Origin: Oikopleura dioica
Lineage: Eukaryota; Animalia; Chordata
Length of the DNA: 64,000 nt
Direction: 5' to 3'
NCBI GenBank assembly: GCA_907165135.1
Contig: OU015567.1
Coordinates: 9,982,001 to 10,046,000 of the forward strand
Shown here: piece by piece, positions 47,613 through 61,121 of the stretch
Numbering within the stretch: the stretch's first letter is position 1
Layout: every line of letters begins with the position of its first letter
The notes under the pieces: generated by a model
Database searches by the model: none
The model's input: the letters and a program-made list of their open reading frames with translations, nothing else
What the model was told of the DNA's origin: nothing
Program-made: the position numbers and the translations under genes

Positions 47613-48862
47613 TTACTTGTTCTCAATAACGTAGTTGATAATCTTATGCATAGCAGCGTCGATTTCTTCGCAGGTTAGCTGAATCTGTTCGGCTGGGAGA
47701 AGGAAGCCGAATCGACCTTCGTCTCGGAGTTCGAAAGTGTAGGCAAGAGGGCCGGAGTTGCCAGCGCTGAGCATTGCATCGTAAGCCCAATCTGAGGAAA
47801 CACCGCTGCAGACGTAGAGAATGTCCTGGCCGGGTAGGTAGCTCTGTTGGTGCACTTCTCGGATAGCAGCGGCCATCTCATCACCAACTTCCTGAAGCTC
47901 GGCTTTATTGGGCGCCTGAGAAGCGTAATCGTAGGAATAGGGGAAGATGAGGTACTGGCCATAACTGTGGACAGTTAAGAAGGCTTTGAGGTTGCCATCA
48001 TCGATGTATGGCTGCATGGCGATCTGCTGGGCCTTTGCCTCGGGTTCGGAGAAGGCAGATGGACCGTGGTAAGTGTTGGAGCATGGATTTGGAGAAGCAC
48101 CTTCACCGGCGTGGTTGGCGTCGTAGTTTCGGTTGAGATCGACTCCAACACAGCCACCGTAGCCAGTAGCTCGGTTCTTTCGCCACATTCGGTCGCTATT
48201 CCAGGTGTAGGCGTAACCGTCGGGGTTGATAGAAGGCATAACGATAAAGGTAACATCGCTGAGGTATTGGTTGAACTGACCGTTCTTGGCTTCGTTCATG
48301 AACCACTGGCAGTAGGCGGGCGAGATCCATTCTCGGGCATGGATACCGCAATCGACGGAGATGACTTTTGACCCGGTACCGATCTTGACGCCGAAAAGAT
48401 CTCGGCCTTCGAAAGAAGATCCGTAAGTAAAGTAACCGGCGAACGACTGAGAGTAAGACTTGATGGTATCATAATCATTGTATTGGAGAAGATCGTGGGC
48501 CTTCCCGTGGTTTCGGGAGAACATGGTCTCAATGTCAATTTGCTCTTGGAGGTTCTGGATGGTTAATTTATACTCAAAGTCAGCGGCTCGGAAGGCGTCT
48601 TCGAGCTCGTTAGCGTAGAATTGGGAGACGTGGATGTCAGCAGTGCCGCCCGGGACGAGCTCGTCGACGCTCTCGGGAGACCAGAAATCGAAGTTCATAA
48701 CTCGATCGAAGGTCTTGAGAGTATGGATCTGGCTGACGGTGAGATTATCGAAGGAAACGACCTTAAAATCAATGAAGATTTGTAGAGAAAACCCATTCTT
48801 ACCTTGTCATCATCGAATCGTCGTTTAGCAAGGGCAGATGCGATCAAGCAGGCAATCTTCAT
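47613..48862 (-). CDS. M14A zinc carboxypeptidase (CPA/CPB family, with propeptide)
   Basis: Signal peptide exon, GIHAREWISPA, WRKNR, VDLNRNY, HSYGQ and FELRD. Confidence 0.95.
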
Positions 48863-50302
48863 GACTTCTCTTTTTCAGAAGAAAATGAATGATCATATTT
48901 TTAACGGAGTTGTTAAAAATTTTTTTTCCAGATGAGAAATTTCCCAAATCTGAATATGTTGAAAATATTATGAAAATTCACGTTGCACGTGCTCAGAAAA
49001 TGAGGTCAAGTTTCAGATCTACAAAATTGTTCTTTTTATGTAATTTTTAAATATTTCCAAATAGGATTAGCCAAAGTTTTTAAGTCTCTCAACTATAGTA
49101 ACTCAGGGTAAGGTGCACTTCCTCCACCGCAGACTTCTCCGCGCCCAAGAACGCCAGCCACAACGTGACATGAATCGGACTGAACGAAACTCCCCAGCAA
49201 TGCAAATCCAATTTGAACGGCATAATTACTTCTATTTCCTTAAATTTCTCTGGAATTTTCGCATTACACGATTATCCTGAACTTTTCTCTCTCTAAAGCC
49301 GATAAGAGTGTAAATTACGAGTCGCAAGAGTTGATATTTTTTGACCGAAGGTGGCAATTTTTCCTGTTTATAAAAATATTGGCGAAGATAGGCTTCTTAT
49401 CATTTGGTTTTCGAAGACTGAAGAACGCATTTGAGTCCCCAAGGGTTGATTTTCTGCCTTACTTTCTAATTGGATTTAATATCAAGTTTTTGTCCCTTGA
49501 CTTGAAGAATATCAGGCTTTCTTCTATGATTTCATGGTGAATTGAAGTCCTTAGTTCTCGAATTAGTAGACTGCCAGACAATATCTCCTTGTAAAAGAAA
49601 AACGTTACAAGAGTGTGAAGAATCAATTTTCGCATTTTCACGGTGTCTGAATTTAACATAAAGAGTTGAAAATTTAAATAATCCCCCTTGAAGATGTCGG
49701 ACGTGTGCGGAGGGCGCTCGCACGCCCAAAACGCTATGCGGCGAAGAAGATGAGCGCCCGAATAATGAGTTTTCACGAACAGCCAAATATTCATACATTT
49801 TTACAAAATTAGCTATGTGATACTGGATTTCTAATGGAAACTAGTGAGAGAAACAGAGAATTTAACCGAACACTAAAGATTTTCAATCGACTAAATACTT
49901 ATTATGAAAAAGAGGAGCCATGAACAGAAACTACTATCGAAGAAAAAGAGCTCGACGAAAAAGAAGTCAAGAAAATATTTGCTTTGGGTTCTAAAATATG
50001 TTAATTATTCGTTAGAGCCTTTAAAGTAAAGCATTTTATAAAAAAGTTCTTTTTTAAACGATCAATTATATTCATGATAGAACCAATTTAAAGAGCTCAA
50101 CTCTTGTAGCATTTGTAATTGTGTTAATATGTCTGGCACTGCACTTCAAATATCATTCCTTTTTGATGATTTATCAGGTAACTCTTTACTCAGACAATGA
50201 ATACTGAGAGCGTCCGAAATAATCGCTTGTTTCAGGAGAAATTGACGGAATTGTCTCCCTACGCGCGGAATTCGAGGCCGTTGAAATTACCCCCGGTCGC
50301 GT

Positions 50303-52174
50303 ATGAACACGGCGCGGCGCGGGGCGAAGACCGACCGGTGCCAACGGTAAGCCATTCTCTGAAGCTGACCGAGCGCAAGCCCGGCCAGATAAATGCTGTG
50401 CATTCGATTACGTAGATTACACCCTTTAAGCCAGGGCGTTGCGAAATCAAAACCGAATGAAACGTATTACTTCAAAGCTGTTGAGCTCTGTGCAGCTCTT
50501 TAATCGTTATAGAAAGTCGACTTATTTTGCTCTTACGTAATCTAAAATCTGCCTTATCAGAGATATTTCCATTCATTTTCGTGCAAAATAACATTGCTTA
50601 CTAATGATTCGTTATTTTTGAAGGAAATGAACTCGGCGCTAAACAACGTCGTTGAAAAATACGAGTCCATCATCAAAAACTCCACTAGGTGGGTCTACAC
50701 ATCCTTGGAGGCCTACAAGAACATGGAAAAAGTCGGCAGTAATTTCTTCGCTCAGAACAAAGACTTGACAATTTATCCGAATTGGCGCGGATGTTCGAAG
50801 GGATTTTTCAAAGTTGATGGGATGAGTTCCTGCTTCGCCTGGTTGACCTGCGAAGATCTCAAGGATATTAAAATCGAGAGAAGAATCAATCATGGACTTG
50901 GGAAAGAAGTATTCGAAGCTGACTGGAATGGAAATACCGTTGCGTATGTTCGGCTCAGGCCGGAAAGACTTCATCAAGGCAGAGTTCATAATTGAATTGC
51001 TTGAGTTAAAAATTAGCGAGTAAGCAAACTCCTCTTTTGAATTCTTATAAAGAACCCATTCGTTCACGCGTGAGAACAGGGATTGAGAACTTGATACGGC
51101 TGAATCCGTCCCCCTATGTCACCCAAGGACCGGGCTTCTGCCTCGAGGTAAACTGAGATAATCCAGCTGTTGATCCTCAGGATAGAAACTCGTGTGCAAT
51201 CAAATTTCGCCGATCGTGCAAATAATAGTGCTCATATTATCTTTCGCAATGACCTTGGCACATTCACTAGTAACCCTATTGGCAATAGGCTATTGCATCA
51301 TTAAAAAACAAAAAAGAGGATAAGCCCATTGAAAGTACTCGGATACTGCTTCGAGGGGCAGAACTCGATAATGATCTCTGAGCTGGCTCCACTTGGAGAT
51401 TTACGGGATTTCGTCGGTTCTCAGGTACAGTTTTCTCCGGTTTGTAATTTATTAAACTCGCATCGTCGATATTTCTGTCATATTTAAAATATATCGCTAG
51501 AATTACGCCGAGCTTGACCGTCTGGGACGCCTTGGAGTTGTCATTCGTCTTGCACGAGTTTTCGCTTTTATGCATAACTCGCCCATCGGAAAACGAGTCA
51601 ATTGCGATATGACTAAGGTATGAGTTTATATCTCAGCTGCGATTCATAACAATTTATAAATTCTAATCATTTGTTAGATAACTCGAGCGCTGAGTCAATT
51701 CCTGGTCACTTCGGACTTCCGAATCGTCGCTAATGATCTTGGTAAGCGATTTCTGCCTTTGATATTCTAGCAAAAGTTAAGATGACCTGCCACTGGTGAA
51801 CCGAGAAGAGAACAAACTTGCCAACTGCACTTGGGGAAAAATAGAAGATCGTGACCCGATCTTTCAAGCGCCCGAGGAGCGACTCCATCATACGTCCATA
51901 CCAAATCCTTTTGACGAAAAAGCAGATGTTTGGAAGCTCGCGAACATGACCTACACAATCATGTATCGGGTACGGTTCTTCATTTCAGTTGAAAATCTAA
52001 TGGCTTTTCTAGTCGGTCTCACCATCCAAAAAGAAAGGAATCGACGAGCTAATGGCTCCGCTGGAAGATTTTCTCGGCCGCTGCCAGTCTCAAAATCCCG
52101 ATGATCGACCAACTGCAAAAGAAGTTGTCATCGAATTAATCGAGCAATACAAAAAAGCAGCCAATTTCCTTTGA
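50303..52174 (+). CDS. POMK: Protein O-mannose kinase (SGK196); 5' end uncertain
   Basis: CSKGFFKVDGMSSCFAWLTCEDL, HNSPIGKRVNCD, LSQFLVTSDFRIVANDLDDLPLV, APEE and FDEKADVWK. Confidence 0.85.
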
Positions 52175-52445
52175 CAAATGTCTTTTTTCCGATCTTTCTT
52201 TCGTCCTATATTCTTCAACATACATTTGTCCATCAAAAATTGCTACAGCACCTTATTTATAAAAGGATAAATAAATACAAGTCAAAGATGATATTGATAC
52301 GTGTGTTTATTACTTTTAAATTGGGGAATGTGAAAGTAAACTTTGTTGTTTCTTGAAAAGTTTGGCAGTAAAATCCGCGCTGGTGAAAGATCTAAATTGA
52401 GAGAAAAAGAGAGTTCTTAGAAGATCCTGAACTTGGGGGAATTCT

Positions 52446-53725
52446 TCAGTTAGCTAGCCAGCGCATTTTGAGAAGCTCGACGAGCTCGATTCTGTCAGCT
52501 GGCTCGAGTTGAACCAGTCCATCGACTACTTCACGCGCTTCTTTGGAGACTTCAGTGGCGGAATCGAAGTCGATCGTGCCAGAAATGATGAGTTGTCTGG
52601 TAGTTTCGACGGTAGGGTTCCTCTTGTCGCCGACGAAAGGAGGGTAGCCGGTTAGGAGCTAGAAAAATATAGACCAGCCTTGATTGCACTCAAAAATACC
52701 TCAAAAGCGATGCATCCAAGGGCCCAGTGATCAATTTTCTTGTCGTGGGAGACACCATTTAGCATTTCTGGGCTAGAAAAACCTCTTATTTTTCAACGTT
52801 TTTCATGATTTTTTTACCTCAAGTAATCCATGGTGCCACAAAATGTCTGCCGCCTGCTCTGGGGCGTGAAAACACACCAACCAAAGTCGGCGAGTTTGAC
52901 TTCGTTGTTGCGCCCGAGCAAGACGTTTTCCGGCTTGAGATCGCGGTGGATAACGTTGAGCTTATGAATGTAGTCCAATCCCTCTGCGATTTCACGGACG
53001 TAACGGGCCGCTTCTACTGACTCGAATTTTTTCTCTTCCTAAATAAGGGATTTACTAACTAATCCGACCAAAGATGTCCATCACTCCCTTTTAGAAATGA
53101 TTGCAGAAAGAACTCCAACTGTTGGAGTCCAACAGCTCGAGAACTTTCAGCCAGAAAGTAGGGAAAGCCGCGTATCGCGCGGCTAAAATGTCGATCACAT
53201 CGATTCAGATGAAAATAAAAACAACGAGATAGACATCCCCAATTCTTCCAGTTGAGTTTAATAGATTCTTCAGAAGAAATTGAAAAGTACCTTTAGCTTT
53301 GTGAAAAGATTGCCGTTTTTGCAGTACTCAAGAATTATGTAAACGCGTCGGTCGTCGTGAAAGTACCCGTACAGTCGGCAAATGTTCTTGTGTTTGATAT
53401 GAGATTGGATTTCAACCTCTCGTCGCACTTGGTGCTGCAGGTTCGCTTCTTTGATCTGATTTTTGAACATAACTTTCAACGCTAGAATAATAATTTCAAA
53501 GAGGGTTTTTAGGATAGCTTTCTTACCGACAACATATCCAGACTTGGTCTCTTTGGCGCAGTAAACATGTCCGAATCTTCCTTTTCCAAGCGCCTTTCCC
53601 ATGCTAAAATCGCCAATTTTCCACGATTTAGTAGCAGCTCCGCCTGTTGGCTTGTTCTCTTTGTTGTCTCCATCTTCGTTTTTTACAGAATTCTCCAGTG
53701 GCTTCGAATTTTCCGACACTGACAT
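52446..53725 (-). CDS. AURK: Aurora kinase
   Basis: [34 protein letters not shown] and [16 protein letters not shown]. Confidence 0.95.
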
Positions 53726-54377
53726 TATTCGTCAATATTTAGCTCTAAAAATAAAAAAATTGGTAGTTTTCTTCAGTTTGAAAGCGCGAAAATGGAGATT
53801 CGTGAACTGATTTTTCGGCCGTTGAAGAGTCAAATATGAAAAACAGATGGAGAAAAGCGATAAATCTCACAAATAACCCTTATTCTCTCAAAAGCGAAAT
53901 ATTCAAAGCGATTTGCCAAGAAAAAAGGGGTTTCAGTTGAAAATTGAAAAAGCATCTTTCAAAGTTGAACTTCTTTCTGAGTCAACAGGACCTCCTGAAA
54001 ATATTCAAGAGCGACCTTTTTGGTCTATCACATGCAGTGTGTTTCTATTCTATCGCTGTGCATTATTGTTTCAGACGAATCATACACGAATGTGATTCGT
54101 AGAAATCCCCGAAATATACCCATAAAGAAATTCGGGTCCATATCCAAGTTAGCAACCACTGCAATCGCTATATTTCCGCATAGACTACTGCACTTTCAAA
54201 ATTGATGTCAGTGTAAATAAATCCTTGAGAACCTTATAGACACTCTATTCTAGAATTTTCCTAGAAAATTAGCAAAATGTGATGCAACTTTCTTCGCAAT
54301 TATTTCAAGAAGGAATGATCTAACAAAAACTATCGTCGACAGTATTCAGGATCAGTCTCTTCTCTTCGTTCGAGCCT

Positions 54378-54470
54378 CCAAAATGGCATGATATCTCTCG
54401 TGAAAGGAAAAATGTTGGTTCGGGTTTGGTGGTTCATTCTGCGCTGTGCGAAATGTGGTCGCTGATTGGC
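54378..54470. promoter_or_regulatory. YY1-like (CCAAAATGGC) and NF-Y (CTGATTGGC) motifs in the Aurora/TBPL1 divergent region
   Basis: Motif matches only, located between head-to-head genes. Confidence 0.35.
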
Positions 54471-54862
54471 CGGTCCGTGGCTTCCACTCACCACTCTCAA
54501 TTTCTCAAGCTCTCCCGTTTTTTCAACCGAGCTCAACGAAATAGGCGGCTCATCGGATAGGGCTCAACCCTTTTTCCGAAACGGCAGAAAATTCCAAATA
54601 GTGAATTTTCGGAATTTCGGAAAACTCAAAAATTCGTGCCGTGAAGAAACGAAAATCAAAGTAAATCTCCGTTCAACTTTCTTCGAAGAAAAGCGTCGAT
54701 TACAGTCGAAAAAAGACTCAACAGCCAAAAGAAAAGCTAAAATTGAAAAGAAGCAAAGATTAGAGAATACAAATCAGAATCAAGAAATCTGCGATTCTAG
54801 AGCGTGCTGAAGAAAAAAAGAAAAGCAAAAACGCGAAGCAGAAATAGAAGCAGAACAATCAA

Positions 54863-56966
54863 ATGGACCTGATTGATGACTCGGTTTTCGGAACTAGCGA
54901 TACAGGAGGTACTGTATTTTTTTCTCGCTGTTACGGGTCTTGAATTTCGGAAGGGATTAAAAAGTTGTTATTACAAACATTAAGCAGTCTATTTTTCGTT
55001 CTTAGCGACTCCAGGTGCGTATTATCTATAAATATCTGCATATACGAAATAAGCATAAAATGGTGGCATTTTCTAACATCAAGGAATTACTGTATCCCCG
55101 TCCTTTTGTAAGAACCGCGGTTCAGAGACAGGAAATTAAAGAAAGGAATATTTTCAGATTCTATTGGATTAATTCTTTCTACATTCTTTTAATTATTCAT
55201 TTACAACTTATGATTGTGCTAGAACCTGCGTTGAAATATTCTTAATTACCATCTGTGGCTAACACGTCGCTAATTACAGTGAACCAGTGGTTCGTTCCTG
55301 CTCCTTTTTAGAGGCGAAATTGCCCCCCAGTCGCGAATTCAAAAAACTTCTTTCAATTAATCCTTATTGATCCATGTCTAACAACGAAAATGCTAATTCC
55401 TACAACCAGGCCCACCAAGCTTTTTCAACCTGGTTCGGTTCTCCAGAGTGGTCGCTTTTTGGTTCGATCCTTTTTTGAAAGAAAAAAGGAACATGCAACC
55501 GGAAACACTAGCAGCGCTAATTGGGGACGGGGACCAAATCATTCTCGGTCATTTTTTTCGGAACGATCCACCAAAGAGTGGTCACCCTCGAGTTGAGCTT
55601 GAAAATATTTTTTTTCCTCGGACAGACGGGACTGTCTCTGTCTCGCTGAAAAATGAATGTCTTCAGTGATTTTTTTAGTTGTCTCAGATGTTTGTTACGA
55701 TCAAGGTTACGGAAGCAACTTGGATTTCCTGACAGAGCCGAGTTATGGCATCGGAACCGAGCCAAGTTATGAAACAAAGAATGAAGATTCGCCGATTTCG
55801 TACGGAAATGGAAACAATTTCTTGAGTTATGGACAGCCACAAGAAGGTTAGACAAAATATCCTCAATTTCCTCATTTCCTTTTTTCAGTGAACATCTATG
55901 GAAACAATCTTCAATACAGCCAAAATCAGAATCAACAAACTAACCAGCACTTACACCATCAACAGAATCAGTTGTTTCCGGAGCAGAAGAATGAGCCCGA
56001 GCCTGAAGAAGTGAGGTTAGAGGATGATCCAGAATTTCAGGCACGGCTTCATTTTTCATTGAATTCTTGACTTTGATGATCAAGAATGAGCCAAAATGAG
56101 AACAGTAAACCTCAAGTGACAATTTCCAACGTCGTTACAAATTTCCGCTGTCGTTGCCACCTTAATCTACGAGTCATTGCCCAGAAAACAAAACATGTAA
56201 TTTACAAACGGTACGATTGTTATCCTTCACCTTCATTTCAACCTCTTTCTTAGCGACCAGGGAAAGCTGATGATGAAAATGCGCACTCCTCCGATGATGG
56301 CGAATATTTGGTCGTCTGGGAAAGTGGTTTGCCAAGGGGCGAAATCGGAGCAAGACGCCAAAAAAGGATCAAGAACGTAAGCCCAATAAAGCCAGGCGAG
56401 ATCAACTTTTAAAACTGAAAATTAGCTTCGCGCGGATGATCCAACAATCCGGCTTCCCAAACGTAAAAGTCTCAAACTACAAAGTTGTCAATGTCCTGGG
56501 CAATTGTCGAGTACCCTTTGCGCTGGATATTATGCAGTTTTCAGTGGTAAGAGAATCGAGAAAGAAGAATATGTCACCTTAAAAACAGAGAATCTTAATT
56601 ACTAGGTTTTGTGATTTTTTAGGGGTGGTTTTATAAAAAGAACCCTCTCTAAGCAAGTGAAATTTAGGATAACTCTGGACCAAACCTTACTTACGAACCA
56701 GAGCTTCATCCCGCTGTAAATTTCAGACCTGGAAACGGAGCAACTCTCAAAATCTTCAGTACTGGAGCGTTAACGATCCTTGGAAAGGTAAGCCTTGACT
56801 TGGTTACTGTAAGAGTTGCTTGGAACAGTGAGCTAAACCTTCCATTCAGAACGTCGAAACAGTGGAGAAAGCTCTGGAAATGAGCTACCCTCTGCTGTAC
56901 CCTTACCGACGTGATTCCCAGCAAGGTGACGTTGATGACATCAACTCGGACATCGAAGAGTTCTAG
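54863..56966 (+). CDS. TBPL1: TBP-like factor TRF2/TLF with Q/N-rich N-terminal extension
   Basis: ISNVVTNFRCRCHLNLR, IWSSGKVVCQG, YKVVNVLG and YEPELHPAV..ATLKIFSTG. Confidence 0.9.
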
Positions 56967-58473
56967 AGCTCTAGAATTACACCAGTTCAAGTTCGAAAAG
57001 ACCCAGACGCGGAAAAAAACTAAACCCTTCAAGACCGGGATTTCCAAAAAAACAAAAACACCCAAATTTTTATTTTATTTTGTTTACTTTTCAAGCGAAT
57101 ATTCAAATTTTCTACAAAAATCCAAAACCCAAAAAAATGAAACTGATATTTTAAAATCGTCTCGTTTTCAATTTTAAGAATTATAAAAAGCAAAATTCTC
57201 GCATGAAATGATAAGATCATCGTTCTGTCAACAAAGACTTCCCCCAAAAAACAAACCGTTTAGCCTTATATTTTTTAATTTTTTTCGCTTTTCAAAAAAG
57301 GGTCAGATTATATAAAATTCTTGCCTACCTTAAAGTACCCTTTTGACCCTTCTAGTTTTTATTTTTTCTTTCTAAAGGCGATATCACTGTGCATGAGTTG
57401 CCTTGGAGAAATCTTTAGTTGCGCTTTTTAGACAATTTTCTTGAAGTTGATGGTTTGATATGCTTTTCATTGTGGCTATGTTTGAGTAGAAAAATAGAGG
57501 TTTGGCTCTGTGTTCCAATTAAAAACTGTTATTTTTGTTTTCAGCCAATCAGAGTGTTTAAATTTCCTTTAGGGACATCAAAATTGAAATTTGGTCGCCC
57601 TATTTTACCATCATATTTTCTATAAAAGGGATTTAGCCTCGATCTGAGAGCATATGGTATCAATTTCTTGAAACAGCTTGTTACAAGATTCACACTTTTC
57701 CTCAAGATATCCTGAAACGTTCAACCCTTCAATACTTATTTATGAACCACAAAGTTTGGAGCACGAAAAATGCACCTAAGGCCTCTAACCAGTGGTATCA
57801 CAAAACTAATTTATCAACCCGCTTGTCGCTGTAAATTTAAAATTAAATCTTGTTTAAAAGACCTGGTTTTCTTTATTTGAGAAAGGTGGCAGTGCCGTGG
57901 CACCCTATTTCAATCTTTTTAGATTTTGAGTAAAACATAAAAATGCCAAAAATGTCTTAATTTAAAATGAAAAAACCTATCGTATATTATATTATATCTA
58001 CCGAAAAAACAACAACTGTGCGTAGAAAAAACCATTCATGGACCAGAAATACTGTTATGTCATGTTAAAAAAACTTTCTTTTACGTTCAATCGTAGAATT
58101 AATATTCTTCCTGTGACATAAAAAAATATTTTTAATGATAATAATACTTTTGATTAAAGCTGTTTTTCAGATGAAAATGAAGTCGAGAAAGACCTCGTAA
58201 ACGGACAAGAAGAATTCGATGGATTCATTGAGCGATGTAGAAGCGGACAGAGATTCCTGAAAAGAATTATGCTTGAAAAATAATATTGATAAAATGACTA
58301 CTATCATCGATATTAATATATTACTAAAGATACGGCCTCCCCTTATTAAACTATCATTTTAAACCGATATTTTATCTGTCTGTTACTTATATTACCATTA
58401 TTTAACTCCAAAAAGATTCAAAAATGTTAAATTACAGCTAAATCCAAATATAATCATCTTTGATTTTAAGAAA

Positions 58474-60661
58474 ATGAAAACGGACTCGCCTCACTCTGGT
58501 CTTCGACTCTTGTCCGAAGCTATTTCGCCTCATATGCGCGTGAGTACATTATCTATCGACAGTTAAACAAGACACTTACAGTCTCATGACTCGAATTCAT
58601 TTTTTCTTTGATTGAAAAACATTCCTAGGAGCTGGCGAAAAAGGAAGAGGAGCAACTCATCGCGGAATCGCTTTCGAGGGAGTCAGTTATCAAAGAAACG
58701 CCGAAAGAGCAAGTTGAGCAACGAAACGTTGGGAAGAGAAAACTTTTCGAAGCCGAATTGATGAGCGAAGGAAGCTCTCAGGGATCAAATCAGGATGAAA
58801 AAGAAGCAAGTCTCACGCGCAGCTTGGACAAAATCGTAGAGAGATTTCTTGAGCGCTTTAGCGATAAAGAAAACGAACAATTTACGTTGATGGACTTGGA
58901 ATTCACCGCTGTGAAGAGACGCATTTATGACGTGATTAATGTTCTTGAAGGTAGGGATCAGTATTAAAGAGGCAGCTTTTGATACTAAATATTCAGGAGT
59001 CGGGTATATTCAAAAGTGGCAAAAGAAGAACTCGTACTTATGGACGTCCAAGGCAACGATGGAGGAAAAGATCTTGAAAATCCGCAGATCTGCCAATGTG
59101 GACTCTCAGAACCAAGATCTTGTCGCTACCATCGCTCACAGGTAAATTGTTCTTCCCTTTTTCTCTCCCTATTTGGTTTCTTTTCAGTATCGTCGCAAAA
59201 GATGAAACCTTCGACGATTTAACGAGCCATTCTGACAACTCTCACCTGGAGGCTTCGGATTCATCCCTCCTCAACATTTCTGAGCTTTCCAACTCATCTC
59301 TTGACTCATCAAGTTTCTCTTCCTCTTGCTCCAAATCGTCGAGTATGACGAAGAATTTGTCCAACCTAACTGTTCGCTTCATTTCCCTCTTCTTCCGAAT
59401 CAGCCCTGTAAATTGGTAAGCAACAGATATATTAGGGTAGACATCAAAAAATTGCTTCAAGGACATTGACTCTTGACGAAGCAGCAGAGCGACTCGTTGC
59501 TGATAGCGGAGAATTGGACCTAACAGCCGCTTCCAAGTCTCGCATCGCCTCGATAAAGCGTCGTTTATACGACATTACGAATGTGTTTTTGGCACTTGGT
59601 CTTATTGAAAAAGTGCAAGTAACGTACGGCGCTGGAGTTCATTTACAACGCAAGTCAGCCTATCACTGGATCGGTGCGACTTCTGTCAGTTCCGCCGACA
59701 AGACGGGCTCGAACAGTACTTCGAAGACTGTACTCGAAGACGGTAAGGATTTAAATTAAATAAAGCATTGTTTATAATTGTGTTATTTTCAGTAACGCAC
59801 TTACAGCAAAAGAACTCGATCGATCGTCAGTGTCAAACGAGTCCGAGCCTGTTGCGTTCGCTGATCGCCGACATCCACGCTGAACTCGACGAGGCGCGAG
59901 CTCATGACTCAATTAGCTTGTCTCTCAACTGCCCCACATGCCTCAACCAGCTACACAGACAGATGCCGGCTCTGTGTCCCCATTGCAGATCTCACTTGCC
60001 CGCAGCTACTAACGCTGCTTTATCAGAGTCTTCCAATTCCCTTCTTTCTACAAAGCAAAAACTCTGTAAGTAAAAAACCTACCCTTTCTCCTATCATTCG
60101 CTACCGCGTTTTACTCCCATTTCTAGTGTTTTCACCGCTGCCTTCTTCCCCAATTGCCTCGAGCGACGGCCCCTGCCGTCGTCAATTGACTTCGACACCG
60201 CTGGCTGGTGTCTCAAAAATAGCTTCAAACTTTTGCAAACTCTCCTCTGCTACACTTTCTTCCGGCACTTTCGCTGCTAATAGAAAACGAAAATCCTCGG
60301 CGCCCGTTTTTTCTACAAGAATGCCCCCCAATTTCAACAACCCCAACGCTGCGATTCCCCGAAGTTCTTTCATGTCTACTTTGGTAACTAATAAGGTAAG
60401 GGACTATCCTTTGCGAATATAAGTTGATCCTTCAAGAAACCGTTGGCATCAAAAACTCTTAATTTCGCCTCCCCCATTGCGCCAAATCACGAGATCAACC
60501 GACAACGAAAACCTTCACGAAACGGGGCGAATGTACACTTCCTCTTGCCAATGGAGGTGCATCTACCTTCATCGCCAAAACGTATCAAAGACGACTCCGG
60601 TCTTGGCCCCTCGCCCTCTCTCCTTCCACCTAATGCTCTTAACCCCGCTAAACCAACATAA
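58474..60661 (+). CDS. E2F7/8: Atypical E2F (E2F7/8) with two DNA-binding domains
   Basis: KRRIYDVINVLEG and KRRLYDITNVFLALGLIEKV in tandem; no DP-dimerisation domain evident. Confidence 0.88.
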
Positions 60662-61121
60662 ACCTACCTCTTTCATTCCCAATAAAACTGACTAAACCCC
60701 GCCCAATTATTTTTGCTGAAATTACATTTACATTCCATTCTTCGCCAATTCAAAATCGGATGATTTTCTCACGCGTAGATTCGAAATTTTGAAATATTTG
60801 TTAATCAAACAGTTCTTCTCTAATCTGTACAAATCCTGCCTGAAGCTGCACCATAAAATCTCGCTGGTCGTAAATTCATGAAAAATGCTTGAAACGTTCC
60901 ATACCAAATTCGATTTTTTCACTTTTCTGACATTCTGATTCAACTTGTACAAACCATTCAGAAATACAAATGTCAAATCGCGAAATGTTTCTCCACAGCC
61001 ACTAGAATCGCTAGTGCCCACTTGTTGTAGCAAATGAATGCTTTTACTCTTTCAAGAGGACCTAGCAAGGAAGATAAGGTATTTACAACTTTCATAAGCA
61101 GCGCAGGCAAAATATAAGAGC

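Noticed and set aside
47675-48538. Several overlapping ORFs in and opposite the carboxypeptidase
   Set aside because: These are shadow ORFs produced by strong codon bias in a highly expressed gene.
56967-58170. AT-rich block after TBPL1 as a possible transposon
   Set aside because: No TIR pair or TSD could be identified by eye.
60728-61033. 101-aa minus-strand ORF between E2F7/8 and TAOK
   Set aside because: It has a non-ATG start, no recognisable motif and no splice support.
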